In this document: piece by piece, positions 11,801-26,670 of the stretch
How positions within the stretch are numbered: position 1 is the stretch's first letter
Layout: each line of letters starts with the position of its first letter
From: Auanema rhodensis
Taxonomy: Eukaryota > Animalia > Nematoda
Assembly (NCBI GenBank): GCA_964057225.1
Contig: OZ059900.1
Coordinates: 25,420,001 to 25,484,000, forward strand
Direction of reading: 5' to 3'
DNA: 64,000 bases
The notes under the pieces: model-generated
Database searches by the model: none
What the model was told of the DNA's origin: nothing
What the model saw: only the letters and a program-made list of their open reading frames with translations
Made by a program: the position numbers and the translations under genes

Positions 11801-14800
11801 GCTAATTTCCTTAATTTTCTAACCCCTGTTTTTTTGTCGTGAAAGTGGAACTAGACGTTGTACGAACAATTTTGAGCTAGGTTTCATTGACATTGCATGA
11901 GTTTGAACACATGAAATCGTAAGTCAAAACCGTGTTTACAGCGAAATTTCCAAAAACTGGTTTTCCAGCATAATAAAATATTTCTCATGGGAAATACTGT
12001 GTTTTTGTATTTTTCTAGTGTTCAGCATGTAAAATGCTTCATTTTAGTATGTAACACGCTGAAATTTGTTGCATTTGACGACTCATATGAACAAAAATCG
12101 ATTTAATCAATATTAGCCATAAGGGGCGTGCCCTCAGAATATGCTAATTTCCTTAATTTTCTAACCCCTGTTTTTTTGTCGTGAAAGTGGAACTAGACGT
12201 TGTACGAACAATTTTGAGCTAGGTTTCATTGACATTGCATGAGTTTGAACACATGAAATCGTAAGTCAAAACCTTGTTTACAGCGAAATTTCCAAAAACT
12301 GGTTTTCCAGCATAATAAAATATTTCTCAAGGGAAAAACTGTGTTTTTATATTTTTCTAGTGTTCAGCATGTGAAATGCTTTATTTTAGTATGTAACACG
12401 CTGAAATTTGTTGCATTTGACGACTCATATGAACAAAAATCGATTTAATCAATATTAGCCATAAGGGGCGTGCCCTCAGAATATGCTAATTTCCTTAATT
12501 TTCTAACCCCTGTTTTTTTGTCGTGAAAGTGGAACTAGACGTTGTACGAACAATTTTGAGCTAGGTTTCATTGACATTGCATCAGTTTGAACACATGAGA
12601 TCGTAAGTCAAAACCTTGTTTACAGCGAAATTTCCAAAAACTGGTTTTCCAGCATAATAAAATATTTCTCATGGGAAATACTGTGTTTTTGTATTTTTCT
12701 AGTGTTCAGCATGTAAAATGCTTCATTTTAGTATGTAACACGCTGAAATTCGTTGCATTTGACGACTCATATGAACAAAAATCGATTTAATCAATATTAG
12801 CCATAAGGGGCGTGCCCTCAGAATATGCTAATTTCCTTAATTTTCTAACCCCTGTTTTTTTGTCGTGAAAGTGGAACTAGACGTTCTACGAACAATTTTG
12901 AGCTAGGTTTCATTGACATTGCATGAGTTTGAACACATGAAATCGTAAGTCAAAACCTTGTTTACAGCGAAATTTCCAAAAACTGGTTTTCCAGCATAAT
13001 AAAATATTTCTCATGGGAAAAACTGTGTTTTTGTATTTTTCTAGTGTTCAGCATGTAAAATGCTTCATTTTAGTATGTAACACACTGAAATTTGTTGCAT
13101 TTGACGACTCATATGAACAAAAATCGATTTAATCAATATTAGCCATAAGGGGCGTGCCCTCAGAATATGCTAATTTCCTTAATTTTCTAACCCCTGTTTT
13201 TTTGTCGTGAAAGTGGAACTAGACGTTGTACGAACAATTTTGAGCTAGGTTTCATTGACATTGCATGAGTTTGAACACATGAAATCGTAAGTCAAAACCT
13301 TGTTTACAGCGAAATTTCCAAAAACTGGTTTTCCAGCATAATAAAATATTTCTCAAGGGAAAAACTGTGTTTTTATATTTTTCTAGTGTTCAGCATGTGA
13401 AATGCTTCATTTTAGTATGTAACACGCTGAAATTTGTTGCATTTGACGACTCATATGAACAAAAATCGATTTAATCAATATTAGCCATAAGGGGCGTGCC
13501 CTCAGAATATGCTAATTTCCTTAATTTTCTAACCCCTGTTTTTTTGTCGTGAAAGTGGAACTAGACGTTGTACGAACAATTTTGAGCTAGGTTTCATTGA
13601 CATTGCATGAGTTTGAACACATGAAATCGTAAGTCAAAACCTTGTTTACAGCGAAATTTCCAAAAACTGGTTTTCCAGCATAATACAATATTTCTCATGG
13701 GAAATACTGTGTTTTTGTATTTTTCTAGTGTTCAGAATGTAGAATGCTTCATTTTAGTATGTAACACGCTGAAATTCGTTGCATTTGACGACTCATATGA
13801 ACAAAAATCGATTTAATCAATATTAGCCATAAGGGGCGTGCCCTCAGAATATGCTAATTTCCTTAATTTTCTAACCCCTGTTTTTTTGTCGTGAAAGTGG
13901 AACTAGACGTTGTACGAACAATTTTGAGCTAGGTTTCATTGACATTGCATGAGTTTGAACACATGAAATCGTAAGTCAAAACCTTGTTTACAGCGAAATT
14001 TCCAAAAACTGGTTTTCCAGCATAATAAAATATTTCTCATGGGAAATACTGTGTTTTTGTATTTTTCTAGTGTTCAGCATGTAAAATGCTTTATTTTAGT
14101 ATGTAACACGCTGAAATTCGTTGCATTTGACGACTCATATGAACAAAAATCGATTTAATCAATATTAGCCATAAGGGGCGTGCCCTCAGAATATGCTAAT
14201 TTCCTTAATTTTCTAACCCCTGTTTTTTTGTCGTGAAAGTGGAACTAGACGTTGTACGAACAATTTTGAGCTAGGTTTTATTGACATTGCATGAGTTTGA
14301 ACACATGAAATCGTAAGTCAAAACCTTGTTTACAGCGAAATTTCCAAAAACTGGTTTTCCAGCATAATAAAATATTTCTCATGGGAAATACTGTGTTTTT
14401 GTATTTTTCTAGTGTTCAGCATGTAAAATGCTTCATTTTAGTATGTAACACGCTGAAATTCGTTGCATTTGACGACTCATATGAACAAAAATCGATGTAA
14501 TCAATATTAGCCATAAGGGGCGTGCCCTCAGAATATGCTAATTTCCTTAATTTTCTAACCCCTGTTTTTTTGTCGTGAAAGTGGAACTAGACGTTGTACG
14601 AACAATTTTGAGCTAGGTTTCATTGACATTGCATCAGTTTGAACACATGAAATCGTAAGTCAAAACCTTGTTTACAGCGAAATTTCCAAAAACTGGTTTT
14701 GCAGCATAATAAAATATTTCTCATGGGAAATACTGTGTTTTTGTATTTTTCTAGTGTTCAGCATGTAAAATGCTTCATTTTAGTATGTAACACGCTGAAA

Positions 14801-16411
14801 TTCGTTGCATTTGACGACTCATATGAACAAAAATCGATTTATTCAATATTAGCCATAAGGGGCGTGCCCTCAGAATATGCTAATTTCCTTAATTTTCTAA
14901 CCCCTGTTTTTTTGTCGTGAAAGTGGAACTAGACGTTGTACGAACAATTTTGAGCTAGGTTTCATTGACATTGCATGAGTTTGAACAGATGAAATCGTAA
15001 GTCAAAACCTTGTTTACAGCGAAATTTCCAAAAACTGGTTTTCCAGCATAATAAAATATTTCTCATGGGAAATACTGTGTTTTTGTATTTTTCTAGTGTT
15101 CAGCATGTAAAATGCTTCATTTTAGTATGTAACACGCTGAAATTCGTTGCATTTGACGACTCATATGAACAAAAATCGATTTAATCAATATTAGCCATAA
15201 GGGGCGTGCCCTCAGAATATGCTAATTTCCTTAATTTTCTAACCCCTGTTTTTTTGTCGTGAAAGTGGAACTAGACGTTGTACGAACAATTTTGAGCTAG
15301 GTTTCATTGACATTGCATGAGTTTGAACACATGAAATCGTAAGTCAAAACCTTGTTTACAGCGAAATTTCCAAAAACTGGTTTTCCAGCATAATAAAATA
15401 TTTCTCATGGGAAATACTGTGTTTTTGTATTTTTCTAGTGTTCAGCATGTAAAATGCTTCATTTTAGTATGTAACACGCTGAAATTCGTTGCATTTGACG
15501 ACTCATATGAACAAAAATCGATTTAATCAATATTAGCCATAAGGGGCGTGCCCTCAGAATATGCTAATTTCCTTAATTTTCTAACCCCTGTTTTTTTGTC
15601 GTGAAAGTGGAACTAGACGTTCTACGAACAATTTTGAGCTAGGTTTCATTGACATTGCATGAGTTTGAACACATGAAATCGTAAGTCAAAACCTTGTTTA
15701 CAGCGAAATTTCCAAAAACTGGTTTTCCAGCATAATAAAATATTTCTCATGGGAAATACTGTGTTTTTGTATTTTTCTAGTGTTCAGCATGTAAAATGCT
15801 TCATTTTAGTATGTAACACGCTGAAATTCGTTGCATTTGACGACTCATATGAACAAAAATCGATTTAATCAATATTAGCCATAAGGGGCGTGCCCTCAGA
15901 ATATGCTAATTTCCTTAATTTTCTAACCCCTGTTTTTTTGTCGTGAAAGTGGAACTAGACGTTGTACGAACAATTTTGAGCTAGGTTTTATTGACATTGC
16001 ATGAGTTTGAACACATGAAATCGTAAGTCAAAACCTTGTTTACAGCGAAATTTCCAAAAACTGGTTTTCCAGCATAATAAAATATTTCTCATGGGAAATA
16101 CTGTGTTTTTGTATTTTTCTAGTGTTCAGCATGTAAAATGCTTCATTTTAGTATGTAACACGCTGAAATTCGTTGCATTTGACGACTCATATGAACAAAA
16201 ATCGATTTAATCAATATTAGCCATAAGGGGCGTGCCCTCAGAATATGCTAATTTCCTTAATTTTCTAACCCCTGTTTTTTTGTCGTGAAAGTGGAACTAG
16301 ACGTTGTACGAACAATTTTGAGCTAGGTTTTATTGACATTGCATCAGTTTGAACACATGAAATCGTAAGTCAAAACCTTGTTTACAGCGAAATTTCCAAA
16401 AACTGGTTTTG

Positions 16412-19400
16412 CAGCATAATAAAATATTTCTCATGGGAAATACTGTGTTTTTGTATTTTTCTAGTGTTCAGCATGTAAAATGCTTCATTTTAGTATGTAA
16501 CACGCTGAAATTCGTTGCATTTGACGACTCATATGAACAAAAATCGATGTAATCAATATTAGCCATAAGGGGCGTGCCCTCAGAATATGCTAATTTCCTT
16601 AATTTTCTAACCCCTGTTTTTTTGTCGTGAAAGTGGAACTAGACGTTGTACGAACAATTTTGAGCTAGGTTTCATTGACATTGCATCAGTTTGAACACAT
16701 GAAATCGTAAGTCAAAACCTTGTTTACAGCGAAATTTCCAAAAACTGGTTTTGCAGCATAATAAAATATTTCTCATGGGAAATACTGTGTTTTTGTATTT
16801 TTCTAGTGTTCAGCATGTAAAATGCTTCATTTTAGTATGTAACACGCTGAAATTCGTTGCATTTGACGACTCATATGAACAAAAATCGATTTATTCAATA
16901 TTAGCCATAAGGGGCGTGCCCTCAGAATATGCTAATTTCCTTAATTTTCTAACCCCTGTTTTTTTGTCGTGAAAGTGGAACTAGACGTTGTACGAACAAT
17001 TTTGAGCTAGGTTTCATTGACATTGCATGAGTTTGAACAGATGAAATCGTAAGTCAAAACCTTGTTTACAGCGAAATTTCCAAAAACTGGTTTTCCAGCA
17101 TAATAAAATATTTCTCATGGGAAATACTGTGTTTTTGTATTTTTCTAGTGTTCAGCATGTAAAATGCTTCATTTTAGTATGTAACACGCTGAAATTCGTT
17201 GCATTTGACGACTCATATGAACAAAAATCGATTTAATCAATATTAGCCATAAGGGGCGTGCCCTCAGAATATGCTAATTTCCTTAATTTTCTAACCCCTG
17301 TTTTTTTGTCGTGAAAGTGGAACTAGACGTTGTACGAACAATTTTGAGCTAGGTTTCATTGACATTGCATGAGTTTGAACACATGAAATCGTAAGTCAAA
17401 ACCTTGTTTACAGCGAAATTTCCAAAAACTGGTTTTCCAGCATAATAAAATATTTCTCATGGGAAATACTGTGTTTTTGTATTTTTCTAGTGTTCAGCAT
17501 GTAAAATGCTTCATTTTAGTATGTAACACGCTGAAATTCGTTGCATTTGACGACTCATATGAACAAAAATCGATTTAATCAATATTAGCCATAAGGGGCG
17601 TGCCCTCAGAATATGCTAATTTCCTTAATTTTCTAACCCCTGTTTTTTTGTCGTGAAAGTGGAACTAGACGTTGTACGAACAATTTTGAGCTAGGTTTTA
17701 TTGACATTGCATGAGTTTGAACACATGAAATCGTAAGTCAAAACCTTGTTTACAGCGAAATTTCCAAAAACTGGTTTTCCAGCATAATAAAATATTTCTC
17801 ATGGGAAATACTGTGTTTTTGTATTTTTCTAGTGTTCAGCATGTAAAATGCTTCATTTTAGTATGTAACACGCTGAAATTCGTTGCATTTGACGACTCAT
17901 ATGAACAAAAATCGATGTAATCAATATTAGCCATAAGGGGCGTGCCCTCAGAATATGCTAATTTCCTTAATTTTCTAACCCCTGTTTTTTTGTCGTGAAA
18001 GTGGAACTAGACGTTGTACGAACAATTTTGAGCTAGGTTTCATTGACATTGCATCAGTTTGAACACATGAAATCGTAAGTCAAAACCTTGTTTACAGCGA
18101 AATTTCCAAAAACTGGTTTTGCAGCATAATAAAATATTTCTCATGGGAAATACTGTGTTTTTGTATTTTTCTAGTGTTCAGCATGTAAAATGCTTCATTT
18201 TAGTATGTAACACGCTGAAATTCGTTGCATTTGACGACTCATATGAACAAAAATCGATTTATTCAATATTAGCCATAAGGGGCGTGCCCTCAGAATATGC
18301 TAATTTCCTTAATTTTCTAACCCCTGTTTTTTTGTCGTGAAAGTGGAACTAGACGTTGTACGAACAATTTTGAGCTAGGTTTCATTGACATTGCATGAGT
18401 TTGAACAGATGAAATCGTAAGTCAAAACCTTGTTTACAGCGAAATTTCCAAAAACTGGTTTTCCAGCATAATAAAATATTTCTCATGGGAAATACTGTGT
18501 TTTTGTATTTTTCTAGTGTTCAGCATGTAAAATGCTTCATTTTAGTATGTAACACGCTGAAATTCGTTGCATTTGACGACTCATATGAACAAAAATCGAT
18601 TTAATCAATATTAGCCATAAGGGGCGTGCCCTCAGAATATGCTAATTTCCTTAATTTTCTAACCCCTGTTTTTTTGTCGTGAAAGTGGAACTAGACGTTG
18701 TACGAACAATTTTGAGCTAGGTTTCATTGACATTGCATGAGTTTGAACACATGAAATCGTAAGTCAAAACCTTGTTTACAGCGAAATTTCCAAAAACTGG
18801 TTTTCCAGCATAATAAAATATTTCTCATGGGAAATACTGTGTTTTTGTATTTTTCTAGTGTTCAGCATGTAAAATGCTTCATTTTAGTATGTAACACGCT
18901 GAAATTCGTTGCATTTGACGACTCATATGAACAAAAATCGATTTAATCAATATTAGCCATAAGGGGCGTGCCCTCAGAATATGCTAATTTCCTTAATTTT
19001 CTAACCCCTGTTTTTTTGTCGTGAAAGTGGAACTAGACGTTGTACGAACAATTTTGAGCTAGGTTTTATTGACATTGCATGAGTTTGAACACATGAAATC
19101 GTAAGTCAAAACCTTGTTTACAGCGAAATTTCCAAAAACTGGTTTTCCAGCATAATAAAATATTTCTCATGGGAAATACTGTGTTTTTGTATTTTTCTAG
19201 TGTTCAGCATGTAAAATGCTTCATTTTAGTATGTAACACGCTGAAATTCGTTGCATTTGACGACTCATATGAACAAAAATCGATGTAATCAATATTAGCC
19301 ATAAGGGGCGTGCCCTCAGAATATGCTAATTTCCTTAATTTTCTAACCCCTGTTTTTTTGTCGTGAAAGTGGAACTAGACGTTGTACGAACAATTTTGAG

Positions 19401-19831
19401 CTAGGTTTCATTGACATTGCATCAGTTTGAACACATGAAATCGTAAGTCAAAACCTTGTTTACAGCGAAATTTCCAAAAACTGGTTTTGCAGCATAATAA
19501 AATATTTCTCATGGGAAATACTGTGTTTTTGTATTTTTCTAGTGTTCAGCATGTAAAATGCTTCATTTTAGTATGTAACACGCTGAAATTCGTTGCATTT
19601 GACGACTCATATGAACAAAAATCGATTTATTCAATATTAGCCATAAGGGGCGTGCCCTCAGAATATGCTAATTTCCTTAATTTTCTAACCCCTGTTTTTT
19701 TGTCGTGAAAGTGGAACTAGACGTTGTACGAACAATTTTGAGCTAGGTTTCATTGACATTGCATGAGTTTGAACAGATGAAATCGTAAGTCAAAACCTTG
19801 TTTACAGCGAAATTTCCAAAAACTGGTTTTC
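16412..19831. repeat. 4-monomer higher-order repeat (1368 bp), 2.5 copies, M49-M58
   Basis: Order is [T138G,G276C,C342G]-[A141T,C287G]-[consensus]-[C262T]. ORF-track hits at 16751, 18119 and 19487 are exactly 1368 bp apart. Confidence 0.9.
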
Positions 19832-21199
19832 CAGCATAATAAAATATTTCTCATGGGAAATACTGTGTTTTTGTATTTTTCTAGTGTTCAGCATGTAAAA
19901 TGCTTCATTTTAGTATGTAACACGCTGAAATTCGTTGCATTTGACGACTCATATGAACAAAAATCGATGTAATCAATATTAGCCATAAGGGGCGTGCCCT
20001 CAGAATATGCTAATTTCCTTAATTTTCTAACCCCTGTTTTTTTGTCGTGAAAGTGGAACTAGACGTTGTACGAACAATTTTGAGCTAGGTTTCATTGACA
20101 TTGCATCAGTTTGAACACATGAAATCGTAAGTCAAAACCTTGTTTACAGCGAAATTTCCAAAAACTGGTTTTGCAGCATAATAAAATATTTCTCATGGGA
20201 AATACTGTGTTTTTGTATTTTTCTAGTGTTCAGCATGTAAAATGCTTCATTTTAGTATGTAACACGCTGAAATTCGTTGCATTTGACGACTCATATGAAC
20301 AAAAATCGATTTAATCAATATTAGCCATAAGGGGCGTGCCCTCAGAATATGCTAATTTCCTTAATTTTCTAACCCCTGTTTTTTTGTCGTGAAAGTGGAA
20401 CTAGACGTTGTACGAACAATTTTGAGCTAGGTTTCATTGACATTGCATGAGTTTGAACACATGAAATCGTAAGTCAAAACCTTGTTTACAGCGAAATTTC
20501 CAAAAACTGGTTTTCCAGCATAATAAAATATTTCTCATGGGAAATACTGTGTTTTTGTATTTTTCTAGTGTTCAGCATGTAAAATGCCTCATTTTAGTAT
20601 GTAACACGCTGAAATTCGTTGCATTTGACGACTCATATGAACAAAAATCGATTTAATCAACATTAGCCATAAGGGGCGTGCCCTCAGAATATGCTAATTT
20701 CCTTAATTTTCTAACCCCTGTTTTTTTGTCGTGAAAGTGGAACTAGACGTTGTACGAACAATTTTGAGCTAGGTTTTATTGACATTGCATGAGTTTGAAC
20801 ACATGAAATCGTAAGTCAAAACCTTGTTTACAGCGAAATTTCCAAAAACTGGTTTTCCAGCATAATAAAATATTTCTCATGGGAAATACTGTGTTTTTGT
20901 ATTTTTCTAGTGTTCAGCATGTATAATGCTTCATTTTAGTATGTAACACGCTGAAATTCGTTGCATTTGACGACTCATATGAACAAAAATCGATTTAATC
21001 AATATTAGCCATAAGGGGCGTGCCCTCAGAATATGCTAATTTCCTTAATTTTCTAACCCCTGTTTTTTTGTCGTGAAAGTGGAACTAGACGTTGTACGAA
21101 CAATTTTGAGCTAGGTTTCATTGACATTGCATGAGTTTGAACACATGAAATCGTAAGTCAAAACCTTGTTTACAGCGAAATTTCCAAAAACTGGTTTTC

Positions 21200-24100
21200 C
21201 AGCATAATAAAATATTTCTCATGGGAAATACTGTGTTTTTGTATTTTTCTAGTGTTCAGCATGTAAAATGCTTCATTTTAGTATGTAACACGCTGAAATT
21301 CGTTGCATTTGACGACTCATATGAACAAAAATCGATTTAATCAATATTAGCCATAAGGGGCGTGCCCTCAGAATATGCTAATTTCCTTAATTTTCTAACC
21401 CCTGTTTTTTTGTCGTGAAAGTGGAACTAGACGTTCTACGAACAATTTTGAGCTAGGTTTCATTGACATTGCATGAGTTTGAACACATGAAATCGTAAGT
21501 CAAAACCTTGTTTACAGCGAAATTTCCAAAAACTGGTTTTCCAGCATAATAAAATATTTCTCATGGGAAAAACTGTGTTTATGTATTTTTCTAGTGTTCA
21601 GCATGTAAAATGCTTCATTTTAGTATGTAACACACTGAAATTTGTTGCATTTGACGACTCATATGAACAAAAATCGATTTAATCAATATTAGCCATAAGG
21701 GGCGTGCCCTCAGAATATGCTAATTTCTTTATTTTTCTAACCCCTGTTTTTTGTCGTGAAAGTGGAACTAGACGTTGTACGAACAATTTTGAGCTAGGTT
21801 TCATTGACATTGCATGAGTTTGAACACATGAAATCGTAAGTCAAAACCTTGTTTACAGCGAAATTTCCAAAAACTGGTTTTCCAGCATAATAAAATATTT
21901 CTCATGGGAAATACTGTGTTTTTGTATTTTTCTAGTGTTCAGCATGTAAAATGCTTCATTTTAGTATGTAACACGCTGAAATTCGTTGCATTTGACGACT
22001 CATATGAACAAAAATCGATTTAATCAATATTAGCCATAAGGGGCGTGCCCTCAGAATATGCTAATTTCCTTAATTTTCTAACCCCTGTTTTTTTGTCGTG
22101 AAAGTGGAACTAGACGTTGTACGAACAATTTTGAGCTAGGTTTCATTGACATTGCATGAGTTTGAACACATGAAATCGTAAGTCAAAACCTTGTTTACAG
22201 CGAAATTTCCAAAAACTGGTTTTCCAGCATAATAAAATATTTCTCATGGGAAATACTGTGTTTTTGTATTTTTCTAGTGTCCAGCATGTAAAATGCTTCA
22301 TTTTAGTATGTAACACGCTGAAATTCGTTGCATTTGACGACTCATATGAACAAAAATCGATTTAATCAATATTAGCCATAAGGGGCGTGCCCTCAGAATA
22401 TGCTAATTTCCTTAATTTTCTAACCCCTGTTTTTTTTGTCGTGAAAGTGGAACTAGACGTTGTACGAACAATTTTGAGCTAGGTTTCATTGACATTGCAT
22501 GAGTTTGAACACATGAAATCGTAAGTCAAAACCTTGTTTACAGCGAAATTTCCAAAAACTGGTTTTCCAGCATAATAAAATATTTCTCATGGGAAATACT
22601 GTGTTTTTGTATTTTTCTAGTGTTCAGCATGTAAGATGCTTTATTTTAGTATGTAACACGCTGAAATTCGTTGCATTTGACGACTCATATGAACAAAAAT
22701 CGATTTAATCAATATTAGCCATAAGGGGCGTGCCCTCAGAATAGGCTAATTTCCTTAATTTTCTAACCCCTGTTTTTTTGTCGTGAAAGTGGAACTAGAC
22801 GTTGTACGAACAATTTTGAGCTAGGTTTTATTGACATTGCATGAGTTTGAACACATGAAATCGTAAGTCAAAACCTTGTTTACAGCGAAATTTCCAAAAA
22901 CTGGTTTTCCAGCATAATAAAATATTTCTCATGGGAAATACTGTGTTTTTGTATTTTTCTAGTGTTCAGCATGTAAAATGCTTCATTTTAGTATGTAACA
23001 CGCTGAAATTCGTTGCATTTGACGACTCATATGAACAAAAATCGATGTAATCAATATTAGCCATAAGGGGCGTGCCCTCAGAATATGCTAATTTCCTTAA
23101 TTTTCTAACCCCTGTTTTTTTGTCGTGAAAGTGGAACTAGACGTTGTACGAACAATTTTGAGCTAGGTTTCATTGACATTGCATCAGTTTGAACACATGA
23201 AATCGTAAGTCAAAACCTTGTTTACAGCGAAATTTCCAAAAACTGGTTTTGCAGCATAATAAAATATTTCTCATGGGAAATACTGTGTTTTTGTATTTTT
23301 CTAGTGTTCAGCATGTAAAATGCTTCATTTTAGTATGTAACACGCTGAAATTCGTTGCATTTGACGACTCATATGAACAAAAATCGATTTATTCAATATT
23401 AGCCATAAGGGGCGTGCCCTCAGAATATGCTAATTTCCTTAATTTTCTAACCCCTGTTTTTTTGTCGTGAAAGTGGAACTAGACGTTGTACGAACAATTT
23501 TGAGCTAGGTTTCATTGACATTGCATGAGTTTGAACAGATGAAATCGTAAGTCAAAACCTTGTTTACAGCGAAATTTCCAAAAACTGGTTTTCCAGCATA
23601 ATAAAATATTTCTCATGGGAAATACTGTGTTTTTGTATTTTTCTAGTGTTCAGCATGTAAAATGCTTCATTTTAGTATGTAACACGCTGAAATTCGTTGC
23701 ATTTGACGACTCATATGAACAAAAATCGATTTAATCAATATTAGCCATAAGGGGCGTGCCCTCAGAATATGCTAATTTCCTTAATTTTCTAACCCCTGTT
23801 TTTTTGTCGTGAAAGTGGAACTAGACGTTGTACGAACAATTTTGAGCTAGGTTTCATTGACATTGCATGAGTTTGAACACATGAAATCGTAAGTCAAAAC
23901 CTTGTTTACAGCGAAATTTCCAAAAACTGGTTTTCCAGCATAATAAAATATTTCTCATGGGAAATACTGTGTTTTTGTATTTTTCTAGTGTTCAGCATGT
24001 AAAATGATTCATTTTAGTATGTAACACGCTGAAATTCGTTGCATTTGACGACTCATATGAACAAAAATCGATTTAATCAATATTAGCCATAAGGGGCGTG

Positions 24101-26670
24101 CCCTCAGAATATGCTAATTTCCTTAATTTTCTAACCCCTGTTTTTTTGTCGTGAAAGTGGAACTAGACGTTCTACGAACAATTTTGAGCTAGGTTTCATT
24201 GACATTGCATGAGTTTGAACACATGAAATCGTAAGTCAAAACCTTGTTTACAGCGAAATTTCCAAAAACTGGTTTTCCAGCATAATAAAATATTTCTCAT
24301 GGGAAAAACTGTGTTTTTGTATTTTTCTAGTGTTCAGCATGTAAAATGCTTCATTTTAGTATGTAACACACTGAAATTTGTTGCATTTGACGACTCATAT
24401 GAACAAAAATCGATTTAATCAATATTAGCCATAAGGGGCGTGCCCTCAGAATATGCTAATTTCTTTATTTTTCTAACCCCTGTTTTTTGTCGTGAAAGTG
24501 GAACTAGACGTTGTACGAACAATTTTGAGCTAGGTTTCATTGACATTGCATGAGTTTGAACACATGAAATCGTAAGTCAAAACCTTGTTTACAGCGAAAT
24601 TTCCAAAAACTGGTTTTCCAGCATAATAAAATATTTCTCATGGGAAATACTGTGTTTTTGTATTTTTCTAGTGTTCAGCATGTAAAATGCTTCATTTTAG
24701 TATGTAACACGCTGAAATTCGTTGCATTTGACGACTCATATGAACAAAAATCGATTTAATCAATATTAGCCATAAGGGGCGTGCCCTCAGAATATGCTAA
24801 TTTCCTTAATTTTCTAACCCCTGTTTTTTTGTCGTGAAAGTGGAACTAGACGTTGTACGAACAATTTTGAGCTAGGTTTCATTGACATTGCATGAGTTTG
24901 AACACATGAAATCGTAAGTCAAAACCTTGTTTACAGCGAAATTTCCAAAAACTGGTTTTCCAGCATAATAAAATATTTCTCATGGGAAATACTGTGTTTT
25001 TGTATTTTTCTAGTGTCCAGCATGTAAAATGCTTCATTTTAGTATGTAACACGCTGAAATTCGTTGCATTTGACGACTCATATGAACAAAAATCGATTTA
25101 ATCAATATTAGCCATAAGGGGCGTGCCCTCAGAATATGCTAATTTCCTTAATTTTCTAACCCCTGTTTTTTTGTCGTGAAAGTGGAACTAGACGTTGTAC
25201 GAACAATTTTGAGCTAGGTTTCATTGACATTGCATGAGTTTGAACACATGAAATCGTAAGTCAAAACCTTGTTTACAGCGAAATTTCCAAAAACTGGTTT
25301 TCCAGCATAATAAAATATTTCTCATGGGAAATACTGTGTTTTTGTATTTTTCTAGTGTTCAGCATGTAAGATGCTTTATTTTAGTATGTAACACGCTGAA
25401 ATTCGTTGCATTTGACGACTCATATGAACAAAAATCGATTTAATCAATATTAGCCATAAGGGGCGTGCCCTCAGAATAGGCTAATTTCCTTAATTTTCTA
25501 ACCCCTGTTTTTTTGTCGTGAAAGTGGAACTAGACGTTGTACGAACAATTTTGAGCTAGGTTTTATTGACATTGCATGAGTTTGAACACATGAAATCGTA
25601 AGTCAAAACCTTGTTTACAGCGAAATTTCCAAAAACTGGTTTTCCAGCATAATAAAATATTTCTCATGGGAAATACTGTGTTTTTGTATTTTTCTAGTGT
25701 TCAGCATGTAAAATGCTTCATTTTAGTATGTAACACGCTGAAATTCGTTGCATTTGACGACTCATATGAACAAAAATCGATGTAATCAATATTAGCCATA
25801 AGGGGCGTGCCCTCAGAATATGCTAATTTCCTTAATTTTCTAACCCCTGTTTTTTTGTCGTGAAAGTGGAACTAGACGTTGTACGAACAATTTTGAGCTA
25901 GGTTTCATTGACATTGCATCAGTTTGAACACATGAAATCGTAAGTCAAAACCTTGTTTACAGCGAAATTTCCAAAAACTGGTTTTGCAGCATAATAAAAT
26001 ATTTCTCATGGGAAATACTGTGTTTTTGTATTTTTCTAGTGTTCAGCATGTAAAATGCTTCATTTTAGTATGTAACACGCTGAAATTCGTTGCATTTGAC
26101 GACTCATATGAACAAAAATCGATTTATTCAATATTAGCCATAAGGGGCGTGCCCTCAGAATATGCTAATTTCCTTAATTTTCTAACCCCTGTTTTTTTGT
26201 CGTGAAAGTGGAACTAGACGTTGTACGAACAATTTTGAGCTAGGTTTCATTGACATTGCATGAGTTTGAACAGATGAAATCGTAAGTCAAAACCTTGTTT
26301 ACAGCGAAATTTCCAAAAACTGGTTTTCCAGCATAATAAAATATTTCTCATGGGAAATACTGTGTTTTTGTATTTTTCTAGTGTTCAGCATGTAAAATGC
26401 TTCATTTTAGTATGTAACACGCTGAAATTCGTTGCATTTGACGACTCATATGAACAAAAATCGATTTAATCAATATTAGCCATAAGGGGCGTGCCCTCAG
26501 AATATGCTAATTTCCTTAATTTTCTAACCCCTGTTTTTTTGTCGTGAAAGTGGAACTAGACGTTGTACGAACAATTTTGAGCTAGGTTTCATTGACATTG
26601 CATGAGTTTGAACACATGAAATCGTAAGTCAAAACCTTGTTTACAGCGAAATTTCCAAAAACTGGTTTTC
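21200..26670. repeat. 8-monomer tandem duplication (~2735 bp x 2), M63-M70 / M71-M78
   Basis: Rare markers T57C (M66, M74), T177G (M67, M75) and the 341-bp monomer (M64, M72) recur 8 monomers apart. ORF-track hits at 23249 and 25984 are 2735 bp apart. Confidence 0.9.

Noticed and set aside
22425-22440. T8 instead of T7 in M66 as a meaningful variant
   Set aside because: It is a singleton homopolymer change absent from its duplicate M74, so slippage or sequencing error is likely.
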